64,000 nucleotides of DNA from the human T2T-CHM13v2.0 reference genome, Homo sapiens, in NCBI RefSeq assembly GCF_009914755.1, contig NC_060948.1; one strand, given 5' to 3'. Positions within the stretch are counted from its first letter, which is position 1. Each line of letters opens with the position of its first letter. The notes under the pieces are model-generated. The model had not been told where the DNA came from and searched no databases. It was given only the letters and a program-made list of their open reading frames with translations. Shown in pieces: positions 19,641 through 38,973 of this stretch. The translations under genes and the position numbers were made by a program.

Positions 19641-21735
19641 AGATCCATATTTTTTAAATGAAAAAAAATTTCAAAGGTACTCTGCTTGGTACAATAATCA
19701 AATGTATAAACTGAGGAATAAAACATAACCATGAAACCTACTTATAACTGCATATGGAAAATACAGAGGATAATTTTTTAAATAACATATTTTGAAAGCC
19801 TTAACTAGTAATTTGAAGAGTTGGCATTTGAAAGGCCAGTATGAATATACCTTCAAAGCAGCAACACAGGTTCCCCATGAGAAAAAGCAAACACAGGGAA
19901 AATAAAAACACAAAGGTTCAATCTCTTCTGACCTTTGAAAGACACAGCACAGACAGTGGTCCTTAGGACGAAGAGCAGGAGACCCCTAATTCCGTCACCA
20001 TGGCGATAGGGCATAAACATTGCTGGGTGAGGGCACAATCCACATTGTGAGGTCCAACTGCTGCCAGGAAGACAGGAGTGCTTTTACATAGACCGAAAGG
20101 TCATTGAAGGCTCAGAGTTTTGTTTCAAGAACTGAATCCCAAGCCCACACGTTATTAGGCTGCGCTTCTTAAAACAAGTTATGAGATGGGAAAAAGGGCA
20201 CCCACAAACATACGTATACATTATGTATATAATAATATACAGTATCATATATATAATATATATAACCTATGTATAATATTGTTTTACATCCTGCATCTTA
20301 TGTTATATATATTATATAAAATATAATAATTGATAATATATAAGTTTTATAATTATACAATATGACATATAGTATATATTATAATTTATGACATATATAA
20401 TATATGTTATATATCATATATAGAATATATTATACGGTTAATATACGTATTAAATATAAATTATACATTATATATATTATATATAATATATCTGTTATAT
20501 ATAATAACCATTATGCATAATATATATATTATGTCTATGTTATATATAGTATAAAACAACATATAATAATATATAATTGTATATATAAAATGCGACATAT
20601 AATATATATTATATTTTATAACATATGTAATATATATTATATATAATACGTTGTATGTATAATACCTATATTAAATATATATTATATGACTATGTTATTA
20701 ATTACATGTCACATGTGTTATATATTATATATTTTACGTAGAATATACCGGTTACATACAATATATACTATGTTACCTATAATGTATAATTTATTACATG
20801 TAAAATAAAGAATGCAATATATTATGTATAATTTATAATATACAATATGTGGAATGTGATATATGTAACATATAATATATGATATATGATATACAGTATA
20901 TGATATATAACATACAATATATGATTCCTAATATATATGGTATACAATATATATTTTATGATATGTATTCTATATGTTTTATATTCTGTTATATATAACT
21001 ATTTGAAATTATATATAACTGTATAATATTTTATGTAAATATGTAATATAATATATATAATATATAATATATTATATATAACTATATATTATGTTATATA
21101 TACTTTTATAACATAATTTACATAAAATATCATAATATAATATATATTATATTATTTCATATTACATAATATATATTACATATCACCCAATATAACTAAC
21201 ATACATAATATTATACTATAGATTATATTATGTTATATTAAATATCATATATATCATGTATCATATATTCTATAATATATATTACACATTATATAATATG
21301 TATGTTGTCTATTATGTGATATATAACTATATATATAATTATATTTTTATACATATAACTAGATAAACATGTAATTTTACATATTTTCATTTATAATATG
21401 TAGAATTATATAATCATATATAATTATTTATATTCTATAAAAAATTTTATCATTATATAAATTATAATATATAAAAATTATAATATGTACTACAAATATA
21501 TATATTATATATCATATATGATATAGTACCTTTGTTATATATCATAATACATATAAATGTGTATTATGTTATCTATAATTATATAATTTCATATATAAGA
21601 TGTATAATATGTATCATATATTATATATGTTATGTAATATATATAGTATATATAAGATGACACAGGATAAATATTAAATACTATGACATATAAAATATAT
21701 GAGGTTATATGTTACATATAAGGCATAGCACATAA

Positions 21736-22050
<315 letters not shown>

Positions 22051-24143
22051 AGATCCATATTTTTTAAATGAAAAAAAATTTCAAAGGTACTCTGCTTGGT
22101 ACAATAATAAAATGTATAAACTGAGGAATAAAACATAACCATGAAACCTACTTATAACTGCATATGGAAAATACAGAGGATAATTTTTTAAATAACATAT
22201 TTTGAAAGCCTTAACTAGTAATTTGAAGAGTTGGCATTTGAAAGGCCAGTATGAATATACCTTCAAAGCAGCAACACAGGTTCCCCATGAGAAAAAGCAA
22301 ACACAGGGAAAATAAAAACACAAAGGTTCAATCTCTTCTGACCTTTGAAAGACACAGCACAGACAGTGGTCCTTAGGACGAAGAGCAGGAGACCCCTAAT
22401 TCCGTCACCATGGCGATAGGGCATAAACATTGCTGGGTGAGGGCACAATCCACATTGTGAGGTCCAACTGCTGCCAGGAAGACAGGAGTGCTTTTACATA
22501 GACCGAAAGGTCATTGAAGGCTCAGAGTTTTGTTTCAAGAACTGAATCCCAAGCCCACACGTTATTAGGCTGCGCTTCTTAAAACAAGTTATGAGATGGG
22601 AAAAAGGGCACCCACAAACATACGTATACATTATGTATATAATAATATACAGTATCATATATATAATATATATAACCTATGTATAATATTGTTTTACATC
22701 CTGCATCTTATGCTATATATATTGTATAAAATATAATAATTGATAATATATAAGTTTTATAATTATACAATATGACATATAGTATATATTATAATTTATG
22801 ACATATATAATATATGTTATATATCATATATAGAATATATTATACGGTTAATATACGTATTAAATATAAATTATACATTATATATATTATATATAATATA
22901 TCTGTTATATATAATAACCATTATGCATAATATATATATTATGTCTATGTTATATATAGTATAAAACAACATATAATAATATATAATTGTATATATAAAA
23001 TGCGACATATAATATATATTATATTTTATAACATATGTAATATATATTATATATAATACGTTGTATGTATAATACCTATATTAAATATATATTATATGAC
23101 TATGTTATTAATTACATGTCACATGTGTTATATATTATATATTTTACGTAGAATATACCGGTTACATACAATATATACTATGTTACCTATAATGTATAAT
23201 TTATTACATGTAAAATAAAGAATGCAATATATTATGTATAATTTATAATATACAATATGTGGAATGTGATATATGTAACATATAATATATGATATATGAT
23301 ATACAGTATATGATATATAACATACAATATATGATTCCTAATATATATGGTATACAATATATATTTTATGATATGTATTCTATATGTTTTATATTCTGTT
23401 ATATATAACTATTTGAAATTATATATAACTGTATATTTTATGTAAATATGTAATATAATATATATAACTATATAATATATTATATATAACTATATATTAT
23501 GTTATATATACTTTTATAACATAATTTACATAAAATATCATAATATAATATATATTATATTATTTCACATTACATAATATATATTACATATCACCCAATA
23601 TAACTAACATACATAATATTATACTATAGATTATATTATGTTATATTAAATATCATATATATCATGTATCATATATTCTATAATATATATTACACATTAT
23701 ATAATATGTATGTTGTCTATTATGTGATATATAACTATATATATAATTATATTTTTATACATATAACTAGATAAACATGTAATTTTACATATTTTCATTT
23801 ATAATATGTAGAATTATATAATCATATATAATTATTTATATTCTATAAAAAATTTTATCATTATATAAATTATAATATATAAAAATTATAATATGTACTA
23901 CAAATATATATATTATATATCATATATGATATAGTACCTTTGTTATATATCATAATACATATAAATGTGTATTATGTTATCTATAATTATATAATTTCAT
24001 ATATAAGATGTATAATATGTATCATATATTATATATGTTATGTAATATATATAGTATATATAAGATGACACAGGATAAATATTAAATACTATGACATATA
24101 AAATATATGAGGTTATATGTTACATATAAGGCATAGCACATAA

Positions 24144-24458
<315 letters not shown>

Positions 24459-26558
24459 AGATCCATATTTTTTAAATGAAAAAAAATTTCAAAGGTACTC
24501 TGCTTGGTACAATAATCAAATGTATAAACTGAGGAATAAAACATAACCATGAAACCTACTTATAACTGCATATGGAAAATACAGAGGATAATTTTTTAAA
24601 TAACATATTTTGAAAGCCTTAACTAGTAATTTGAAGAGTTGGCATTTGAAAGGCCAGTATGAATATACCTTCAAAGCAGCAACACAGGTTCCCCATGAGA
24701 AAAAGCAAACACAGGGAAAATAAAAACACAAAGGTTCAATCTCTTCTGACCTTTGAAAGACACAGCACAGACAGTGGTCCTTAGGACGAAGAGCAGGAGA
24801 CCCCTAATTCCGTCACCATGGCAATAGGGCATAAACATTGCTGGGTGAGGGCACAATCCACATTGTGAGGTCCAACTGCTGCCAGGAAGACAGGAGTGCT
24901 TTTACATAGACCGAAAGGTCATTGAAGGCTCAGAGTTTTGTTTCAAGAACTGAATCCCAAGCCCACACGTTATTAGGCTGCGCTTCTTAAAACAAGTTAT
25001 GAGATGGGAAAAAGGGCACCCACAAACATACGTATACATTATGTATATAATAATATACAGTATCATGTATATAATATATATAACCTATGTATAATATTGT
25101 TTTACATCCTGCATCCTATGCTATATATATTGTATAAAATATAATAATTGATAATATATAAGTTTTATAATTATACAATATGACATATAGTATATATTAT
25201 AATTTATGACATATATAATATATGTTATATATCATATATAGAATATATTATACGGTTAATATACGTATTAAATATAAATTATACATTATATTTATTATAT
25301 ATAATATATCTGTTATATATAATAACCATTATGCATAATATATATATTATGTCTATGTTATATATAGTATAAAACAACATATAATAATATATAATTGTAT
25401 ATATAAAATGCGACATATAATATATATTATATTTTATAACATATGTAATATATATTATATATAATACGTTGTATGTATAATACCTATATTGAATATATAT
25501 TATATGACTATGTTATTAATTACTTGTCACATGTGTTATATATTATATATTTTACATAGAATATACCGGTTACATACAATATATACTATGTTACCTATAA
25601 TGTATAATTTATTACATGTAAAATAAAGAATGCAATATATTATGTATAATTTATAATATACAATATGTGGAATGTGATATATGTAACATATAATATATGA
25701 TATATGATATACAGTATATGATATATAACATACAATATATGATTCCTAATATATATGGTATACAATATATATTTTATGATATGTATTCTATATGTTTTAT
25801 ATTCTGTTATATATAACTATTTGAAATTATATATAACTGTATAATATTTTATGTAAATATGTAATATAATATATATAACTATATAATATATTATATATAA
25901 CTATATATTATGTTATATATACTTTTATAACATAATTTACATATAATATCATAATATAATATATATTATAATATTTCATATTACATAATATATATTACAT
26001 ATCACCCAATATAACTAACATACATAATATTATAATATAGATTATATTATGTTATATTAAATATCATATATATCATGTATCATATATTCTATAATATATA
26101 TTACACATTATATAATATGTATGTTGTCTATTATGTGATATATATAACTATATATATAATTATATTTTTATACATATAACTGGATAAACATGTAATTCTA
26201 CATATTTTCATTTATAATATGTAGAATTATATAATCATATATAATTATTTATATTCTATAAAAAATTTTATCATTATATAAATTATAATATATAAAAATT
26301 ATAATATGTACTACAAATATATATATATTATATATCATATATGATATAGTACCTTTGTTATATATCATAATACATATAAATGTGTATTATGTTATCTATA
26401 ATTATATAATTTCATATATAAGATGTATAATATGTATCATATATTATATATGTTATGTAATATATATAGTATATATAAGATGACACAGGATAAATATTAT
26501 ATACTATGACATATAAAATATATGAGGTTATATGTTACATATAAGGCATAGCACATAA

Positions 26559-26873
<315 letters not shown>

Positions 26874-28979
26874 AGATCCATACTTTTTAAATGAAAAAAA
26901 ATTTCAAAGGTACTCTGCTTGGTACAATAATCAAATGTATAAACTGAGGAATAAAACATAACCATGAAACCTACTTATAACTGCATATGGAAAATACAGA
27001 GGATAATTTTTTAAATAACATATTTTGAAAGCCTTAACTAGTAATTTGAAGAGTTGGCATTTGAAAGGCCAGTATGAATATACCTTCAAAGCAGCAACAC
27101 AGGTTCCCCATGAGAAAAAGCAAACACAGGGAAAATAAACCACAAAGGTTCAATCTCTTCTGACCTTTGAAAGACACAGCACAGACAGTGGTCCTTAGGA
27201 CGAAGAGCAGGAGACCCCTAATTCCGTCACCATGGCGATAGGGCATAAACATTGCTGGGTGAGGGCACAATCCACATTGTGAGGTCCAACTGCTGCCAGG
27301 AAGACAGGAGTGCTTTTACATAGACCGAAAGGTCATTGAAGGCTCAGAGTTTTGTTTCAAGAACTGAATCCCAAGCCCACACGTGATTAGGCTGCGCTTC
27401 TTAAAACAAGTTATGAGATGGGAAAAAGGGCACCCACAAACATACGTATACATAATGTATATAATAATATACAGTATCATATATATAATATATATAACCT
27501 ATGTATAATATTGTTTTACATCCTGCATCCTATGTTATATATATTGTATAAAATATAATAATTGATAATATATAAGTTTTATAATTATACAATATGACAT
27601 ATAGTATATATTATAATTTATGACATATATAATATATGTTATATATCATATATAGAATATATTATACGGTTAATATACGTATTAAATATAAATTATACAT
27701 TATATATATTATATATAATATATCTGTTATATATAATACCCATTATGCATAATATATATATTATGTCTATGTTATATATAGTATAAAACAACATATAATA
27801 ATATATAATTGTATATATACAATGCGACATATAATATATATTATATTTTATAACATATGTAATATATATTATATATTATATATAATACGTTGTATGTATA
27901 ATACCTATATTAAATATATATTATATGACTATGTTATTAATTACATGTCACATGTGTTATATATTATATATTTTACATAGAATATACCGGTTACATACAA
28001 TATATACTATGTTACCTATAATGTATAATTTATTACATGTAAAATAAAGAATGCAATATATTATGTAAAATTTATAATATACAATATGTGGAATGTGATA
28101 TATATAACATATAATATATGATATATGATATACAGTATATGATATATAACATACAATATATGATTCCTAATATATATGGTATACAATATATATTTTATGA
28201 TATGTATTCTATATGTTTTATATTCTGTTATATATAACTATTTGAAATTATATATAACTGTATAATATTTTATGTAAATATGAAATATAATATATATAAC
28301 TATATAATATATTATATATAACTATATATTATGTTATATATACTTTTATAACATAATTTACATAAAATATCATAATATAATATATATTATATTATTTCAT
28401 ATTACATAATATATATTACATATCACCCAATATAACTAACATACATAATATTATAATATAGATTATATTATGTTATATTAAATATCATATATATCATGTA
28501 TCATATATTCTATAATATATATTACACATTATATAATATGTATGTTGTCTATTATGTGATATATATAAATATATATATAATTATATTTTTATACATATAA
28601 CTAGATAAACATGTAATTCTACATATTTTCATTTATAATATGTAGAATTATATAATCATATATAATTTTTTATATTCTATAAAAAATTTTATCATTATAT
28701 AAATTATAATATATAAAAATTATAATATGTACTACAAATATATATATATTATATATCATATATGATATAGTACCTTTGTTATATATCATAATACATATAA
28801 ATGTGTATTATGTTATCTATAATTATATAATTTCATATATAAGATGTATAATATGTATCATATAGTATAGATGTTATGTAATATATATAGTATATATAAG
28901 ATGACACAGGATAAATATTATATACTATGACATATAAAATATATGAGGTTATATGTTACATATAAGGCATAGCACATAA

Positions 28980-29294
<315 letters not shown>

Positions 29295-31422
29295 AGATCC
29301 ATATTTTTTAAATGAAAAAAAATTTCAAAGGTACTCTGCTTGGTACAATAATCAAATGTATAAACTGAGGAATAAAACATAACCATGAAACCTACTTATA
29401 ACTGCATATGGAAAATACAGAGGATAATTTTTTAAATAACATATTTTGAAAGCCTTAACTAGTAATTTGAAGAGTTGGCATTTGAAAGGCCAGTATGAAT
29501 ATACCTTCAAAGCAGCAACACAGGTTCCCCATGAGAAAAAGCAAACACAGGGAAAATAAAAACACAAAGGTTCAATCTCTTCTGACCTTTGAAAGACACA
29601 GCACAGACAGTGGTCCTTAGGACGAAGAGCAGGAGACCCCTAATTCCGTCACCATGGCGATAGGGCATAAACATTGCTGGGTGAGGGCACAATCCACATT
29701 GTGAGGTCCAACTGCTGCCAGGAAGACAGGAGTGCTTTTACATAGACCGAAAGGTCATTGAAGGCTCAGAGTTTTGTTTCAAGAACTGAATCCCAAGCCC
29801 ACACGTGATTAGGCTGCGCTTCTTAAAACAAGTTATGAGATGGGAAAAAGGGCACCCACAAACATACGTATACATTATGTATATAATAATATACAGTATC
29901 ATATATATAATATATATAACCTATGTATAATATTGTTTTACATCCTGCATCTTATGTTATATATATTGTATAAAATATAATAATTGATAATATATAAGTT
30001 TTATAATTATACTATATGACATATAGTATATATTATAATTTATGGCATATATAATATATGTTATATATCATATATAGAATATATTATACGGTTAATATAC
30101 GTATTAAATATAAATTATACATTATATATATTATATATAATATATCTGTTATATATAATACCCATTATGCATAATATATATATTATGTCTATGTTATATA
30201 TAGTATAAAACAACATATAATAATATATAATTGTATATATAAAATGCGACATATAATATATATTATATTTTATAACATATGTAATATATATTATATATTA
30301 TATATAATACGTTGTATGTATAATACCTATATTAAATATATATTATATGACTATGTTATTAATTACATGTCACATGTGTTATATATTATATATTTTACGT
30401 AGAATATACCGGTTACATACAATATATACTATGTTACCTATAATGTATAATTTATTACATGTAAAATAAAGAATGCAATATATTATGTATAATTTATAAT
30501 ATACAATATGTGGAATGTGATATATATAACATATAATATATGATATATGATATACAGTATATGATATATAACATACAGTATATGATTCCTAATATATATG
30601 GTATACAATATATATTTTATGATATGTATTCTATATGTTTTATATTCTGTTATATATAACTATTTGAAATTATATATAACTGTATAATATTTTATGTAAA
30701 TATGTAATATAATATATATAACTATATAATATGTTATATATAACTATATATTATGTTATATATACTTTTATAACATAATTTACATAAAATATCATAATAT
30801 AATATATATTATATTATTTCATATTACATTATATATATTACATATCACCCAATATAACTAACATACATAATATTATAATATAGATTATATTGTGTTATAT
30901 TAAATATCATATATATCATGTATCATATATTCTATAATATATATTACACATTATATAATATGTATGTTTTCTATTATGTGATATATATAACTATATATAT
31001 AATTATATTTTTATACATATAACTAGATAAACATGTAATTCTACATATTTTCATTTATAATATGTAGAATTATATAATCATATATAATTATTTATATTCT
31101 ATAAAAAATTTTATCATTATATAAATTATAATATATAAAAATTATAATATGTACTACACATATATATATTATATATCATATATGATATAGTACCATTGTT
31201 ATATATCATAATACATATAAATGTGTATTATGTTATCTATAATTATATAATTTCATATATAAGATGTATAATATGTATCATATATTACATATGTTATGTA
31301 ATATATATAGTATATATAAGATGACACAGGATAAATATTATATACTATGACATATAAAATATATGAGGTTATATGTTACATATAAGGCATAGCACATAAC
31401 ATGTAATATATATCATATATAA

Positions 31423-31714
31423 TTTTTTTTTAGACAGAATCTTGTCCTGTTGCACATGGTGGGGTACAATGGCGCCATCTTTGCTCACTGCAACTTCTGC
31501 CTCACGGGTCCAAGCGATTGTCCTCCCTCAGCCTCCCAGGTAGCTGGGACTACACCACACTGGGACTACACCAGCTGCCACCATGCCTAGCTAATTTTTT
31601 GGATTTTTAGTAGTGACAGCGTTTCACTGTATTGGCCAGGATGGTCTTGATCTCTTCACCTTGTGATCCCCTTGCCTTGGCCTCCAAATTTGCTGGGATT
31701 ACAGGCCTGAGCCA
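31423..31714 (-). mobile_element. Diverged Alu, monomer 14
   Basis: Same Alu hallmarks as copy 1. Confidence 0.92.
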
Positions 31715-33819
31715 AGATCCATATTTTTTAAATGAAAAAAAATTTCAAAGGTACTCTGCTTGGTACAATAATCAAATGTATAAACTGAGGAATAAAACAT
31801 AACCATGAAACCTACTTATAACTGCATATGGAAAATACAGAGGATAATTTTTTAAATAACATATTTTGAAAGCCTTAACTAGTAATTTGAAGAGTTGGCA
31901 TTTGAAAGGCCAGTATGAATATACCTTCAAAGCAGCAACACAGGTTCCCCATGAGAAAAAGCAAACACAGGGAAAATAAAAACACAAAGGTTCAATCTCT
32001 TCTGACCTTTGAAAGACACAGCACAGACAGTGGTCCTTAGGACGAAGAGCAGGAGACCCCTAATTCCGTCACCATGGCGATAGGGCATAAACATTGCTGG
32101 GTGAGGGCACAATCCACATTGTGAGGTCCAACTGCTGCCAGGAAGACAGGAGTGCTTTTACATAGACCGAAAGGTCATTGAAGGCTCAGAGTTTTGTTTC
32201 AAGAACTGAATCCCAAGCCCACACGTTATTAGGCTGCGCTTCTTAAAACAAGTTATGAGATGGGAAAAAGGGCACCCACAAACATACGTATACATTATGT
32301 ATATAATAATATACAGTATCATATATATAATATATATAACCTATGTATAATATTGTTTTACATCCTGCATCCTATGTTATATATATTGTATAAAATATAA
32401 TAATTGATAATATATAAGTTTTATAATTATACAATATGACATATAGTATATATTATAATTTATGGCATATATAATATATGTTATATATCATATATAGAAT
32501 ATCTTATACGGTTAATATACGTATTAAATATAAATTATACATTATATATATTATATATAATATATCTGTTATATATAATACCCATTATGCATAATATATA
32601 TATTATGTCTATGTTATATATAGTATAAAACAACATATCATAATATATAATTGTATATATAAAATGCGACATATAATATATATTATATTTTATAACATAT
32701 GTAATATATATTATATATTATATATAATACGTTGTATGTTTAATACCTATATTAAATATATATTATATGACTATGTTATTAATTACATGTCACATGTGTT
32801 ATATATTATATATTTTACATAGAATATACCGGTTACATACAATATATACTATGTTACCTATAATGTATAATTTATTACATGTAAAATAAAGAATGCAATA
32901 TATTATGTATAATTTATAATATACAATATGTGGAATGTGATATATATAACATATAATATATGATATATGATATACAGTATATGATATATAACATACAATA
33001 TATGATTCCTAATATATATGGTATACAATATATATTTTATGATATGTATTCTATATGTTTTATATTCTGTTATATATAACTATTTGAAATTATATATAAC
33101 TGTATAATATTTTATGTAAATATGTAATATAATATATATAACTATATAATATGTTATATATAACTATATATTATGTTATATATACTTTTATAACATAATT
33201 TACATAAAATATCATAATATAATATATATTATATTATTTCATATTACATTATATATATTACATATCACCCAATATAACTAACATACATAATATTATAATA
33301 TAGATTATATTGTGTTATATTAAATATCATATATATCATGTATCATATATTCTATAATATATATTATACATTATATAATATGTATGTTGTCTATTATGTG
33401 ATATATATAACTATATATATAATTATATTTTTATACATATAACTAGATAAACATGTAATTCTACATATTTTCATTTATAATATCTAGAATTATATAATCA
33501 TATATAATTATTTATATTCTATAAAAAATTTTATCATTATATAAATTATAATATATAAAAATTATAATATGTACTACAAATATATATATTATATATCATA
33601 TATGATATAGTACCTTTGTAATATTTCATAATACATATAAATGTGTATTATGTTATCTATAATTATATAATTTCATATATAAGATGTATAATATGTATCA
33701 TACATTATAGATGTTATGTAATATATATAGTATATATAAGATGACACAGGATAAATATTATATACTATGACATATAAAATATATGAGGTTATATGTTACA
33801 TATAAGGCATAGCACATAA

Positions 33820-34134
<315 letters not shown>

Positions 34135-36262
34135 AGATCCATATTTTTTAAATGAAAAAAAATTTCAAAGGTACTCTGCTTGGTACAATAATCAAATGTA
34201 TAAACTGAGGAATAAACCATAACCATGAAACCTACTTATAACTGCATATGGAAAATACAGAGGATAATTTTTTAAATAACATATTTTGAAAGCCTTAACT
34301 AGTAATTTGAAGAGCTGGCATTTGAAAGGCCAGTATGAATATACCTTCAAAGCAGCAACACAGGTTCCCCATGAGAAAAAGCAAACACAGGGAAAGTAAA
34401 AACACAAAGGTTCAATCTCTTCTGACCTTTGAAAGACACAGCACAGACAGTGGTCCTTAGGACGAAGAGCAGGAGACCCCTAATTCCGTCACCATGGCGA
34501 TAGGGCATAAACATTGCTGGGTGAGGGCACAATCCACATTGTGAGGTCCAACTGCTGCCAGGAAGACAGGAGTGCTTTTACATAGACCGAAAGGTCATTG
34601 AAGGCTCAGAGTTTTGTTTCAAGAACTGAATCCCAAGCCCACACGTTATTAGGCTGCGCTTCTTAAAACAAGTTATGAGATGGGAAAAAGGGCACCCACA
34701 AACATACGTATACATTATGTATATAATAATATACAGTATCATATATATAATATATATAACCTATGTATAATATTGTTTTACATCCTGCATCTTATATTAT
34801 ATATATTGTATAAAATATAATAATTGATAATATATAAGTTTTATAATTATACAGTAAGACATATAGTATATATTATAATTTATGACATATGTAATATATG
34901 TTATAAGTCATATATAGAATATATTATACGGTTAATATACGTATTAAATATAAATTATACATTATATATATTATATATAATATATCTGTTATATATAATA
35001 CCCATTATGCATAATATATATATTATGTCTATGTTATATATAGTATAAAACAACATATAATAATATATAAATGTATATATAAAATGTGACATATAATATA
35101 TATTATATTTTATAACATATGTAATATATATTATATATTATATATAATATGTTGTATGTATAATACCTATATTAAATATATATTATATGACTATGTTATT
35201 AATTACATGTCACATGTGTTATATATTATATATTTTACATAGAATATACCGGTTACATACAACATATACTATGTTACCTATAATGTATAATTTATTACAT
35301 GTAAAATAAAGAATGCAATATATTATGTATAATTTATAATATAACATATGTGGAATGTGATATATATAACATATAATATATGATATATGATATACAGTAT
35401 ATGATATATAACATACAATATATGATTCCTAATATATATGGTATACAATATATATTTTATGATATGTATTCTATATGTTTTATATTCTGTTATATATAAC
35501 TATTTGAAATTATATATATCTCTATAATATTTTATGTAAATATGTAATATAATATATATAACTATATAATATATTATATATAACTATATATTATATTATA
35601 TATTCTTTTATAACATAATTTACATAAAATATCATAATATAATATATATTATATTATTTCATATTACATAATACATATTACATATCACCCAATATAACTA
35701 ACATACATAATATTATAATATAGATTATATTATGTTATATTAAATATCATATATATCATGTATCATATATTCTATAATATATATTACACATTATATAATA
35801 TGTATGTTGTCTATTATTTGATATATATAACTATATATATAATTATATTTTTATACATATAACTAGATAAACCTGTAATTCTACATATTTTCATTTATAA
35901 TATGTAGAATTATATAATCATATATAATTATTTATATTCTATAAAAAATTTTATCATTATATAAATTATAATATATAAAAATTATAATATGTACTACAAA
36001 TATATATATTATATATCATATATGCTATAGTACCTTTGTTATATATCATAATACATATAAATGTGTATTATGTTATCTATAATTATATAATTTCATATAT
36101 AAGTTGTATAATATGTATCATATATTATATATGTTATGTAATATATATAGTATATATAAGATGACACAGGATAAATATTATATACTATGACATATAAAAT
36201 ATATGAGGTTATATGTTACATATAAGGCATAGCACATAACATGTAATATATATCATATATAA

Positions 36263-36554
36263 TTTTTTTTTAGACAGAATCTTGTCCTGTTGCACAGGGT
36301 GGGGTACAATGGCGCCATCTTTGCTCACTACAACTTCTGCCTCACGGGTCCAAGCGATTGTCCTCCCTCAGCCTCCCAGGTAGCTGGGACTACACCACAC
36401 TGGGACTACACCAGCTGCCACCATGCCTAGCTAATTTTTTGGATTTTTAGTAGTGACAGCGTTTCACTGTATTGGCCAGGATGGTCTTGATCTCTTCACC
36501 TTGTGATCCCCTTGCCTTGGCCTCCAAATGTGCTGGGATTACAGGCCTGAGCCA
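36263..36554 (-). mobile_element. Diverged Alu, monomer 16
   Basis: Same Alu hallmarks as copy 1. Confidence 0.92.
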
Positions 36555-38658
36555 AGATCCATATTTTTTAAATGAAAAAAAATTTCAAAGGTACTCTGCT
36601 TGGTACAATAATCAAATGTATAAACTGAGGAATAAAACATAACCATGAAACCTACTTATAACTGCATATGGAAAATACAGAGGATAATTTTTTAAATAAC
36701 ATATTTTGAAAGCCTTAACTAGTAATTTGAAGAGTTGGCATTTGAAAGGCCAGTATGAATATACCTTCAAAGCAGCAACACAGGTTCCCCATGAGAAAAA
36801 GCAAACACAGGGAAAATAAAAACACAAAGGTTCAATCTCTTCTGACCTTTGAAAGACACAGCACAGACAGTGGTCCTTAGGACGAAGAGCAGGAGACCCC
36901 TAATTCCGTCACCATGGCGATAGGGCATAAACATTGCTGGGTGAGGGCACAATCCACATTGTGAGGTCCAACTGCTGCCAGGAAGACAGGAGTGCTTTTA
37001 CATAGACCGAAAGTTCATTGAAGGCTCAGAGTTTTGTTTCAAGAACTGAATCCCAAGCCCACACGTTATTAGGCTGCGCTTCTTAAAACAAGTTATGAGA
37101 TGGGAAAAAGGGCACCCACAAACATACGTATACATTATGTATATAATAATATACAGTATCATATATATAATATATATAACCTATGTATAATATTGTTTTA
37201 CATCCTGCATCTTATGTTATATATATTGTATAAAATATAATAATTGATAATATATAAGTTTTATATTTATACAATATGACATATAATATATATTATAATT
37301 TATGACATATATAATATATGTTATATATCATATATAGAATATATTATACGGTTAATATACGTATTAAATATAAATTATACATTATGTATATTATATATAA
37401 TATATCTGTTATATATAATAACCATTATGCATAATATATATATTATGTCTATGTTATATATAGTATAAAACAACATATAATAATATATAATTGTCTATGT
37501 AAAATGCGACATATAATATATATTATATTTTATAACATATGTAATATATATTATACATTATATATAATACGTTGTATGAATAATACCTATATTAAATATA
37601 TATTATATGACTATGTTATTAATTACATGTCACATGTGTTATATATTATATATTTTACATAGAATATACCGGTTGCATACAATATATACTATGTTACCTA
37701 TAATGTATAATTTATTACATGTAAAATAAAGAATGCAATATATTATGTATAATTTATAATATACAATATGTGGAATGTGATATATATAACATATAATATA
37801 TGATATATGATATACAGTATATGATATATAACATACAATATATGATTCCTAATATATATGGTATACAATATATATTTTATGATATGTATTCTATACGTTT
37901 TATATTCTGTTATATATAACTATTTGAAATTATATATAACTGTATAATATTTTATGTAAATATGTAATATAATATATATAACTATATAATATATTATATA
38001 TAACTATATATTATGTTATATATACTTTTATAACATAATTTACATAAAATATCATAATATAATATATATTATATTATTTCATATTACATAATATATATTA
38101 CATATCACCAATATAACTAACATACATAATATTATAATATAGATTATATTGTGTTATATTAAATATCATATATATCATGTATCATATATTCTATAATATA
38201 TAATACACATTATATAATATGTATGTTGTCTATTATGTGATATATATAACTATATATATAATTATATTTTTATACATATAACTAGATAAACATGTAATTC
38301 TACATATTTTCATTTATAATATGTAGAATTATATAATCATATATAATTATTTATATTCTATAAAAAATTTTATCATTATATAAATTATAATATATAAAAA
38401 TTATAATATGTACTACAAATATATATATTATATATCATATATGCTATAGTTCCTTTGTTATATATCATAATACATATAAATGTGTATTATGTTATCTATA
38501 ATTATATAATTTCATATATAAGTTGTATAATATGTATCATATATTATATATGTTATGTAATATATATAGTATATATAAGATGACACAGGATAAATATTAT
38601 ATACTATGACATATAAAATATATGAGGTTATATGTTACATATAAGGCATAGCACATAA

Positions 38659-38973
<315 letters not shown>

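Noticed and set aside
34824-35048. 74 aa I/Y-rich plus-strand ORF
   Set aside because: It is the same kind of artefact, in the divergent monomer 15.
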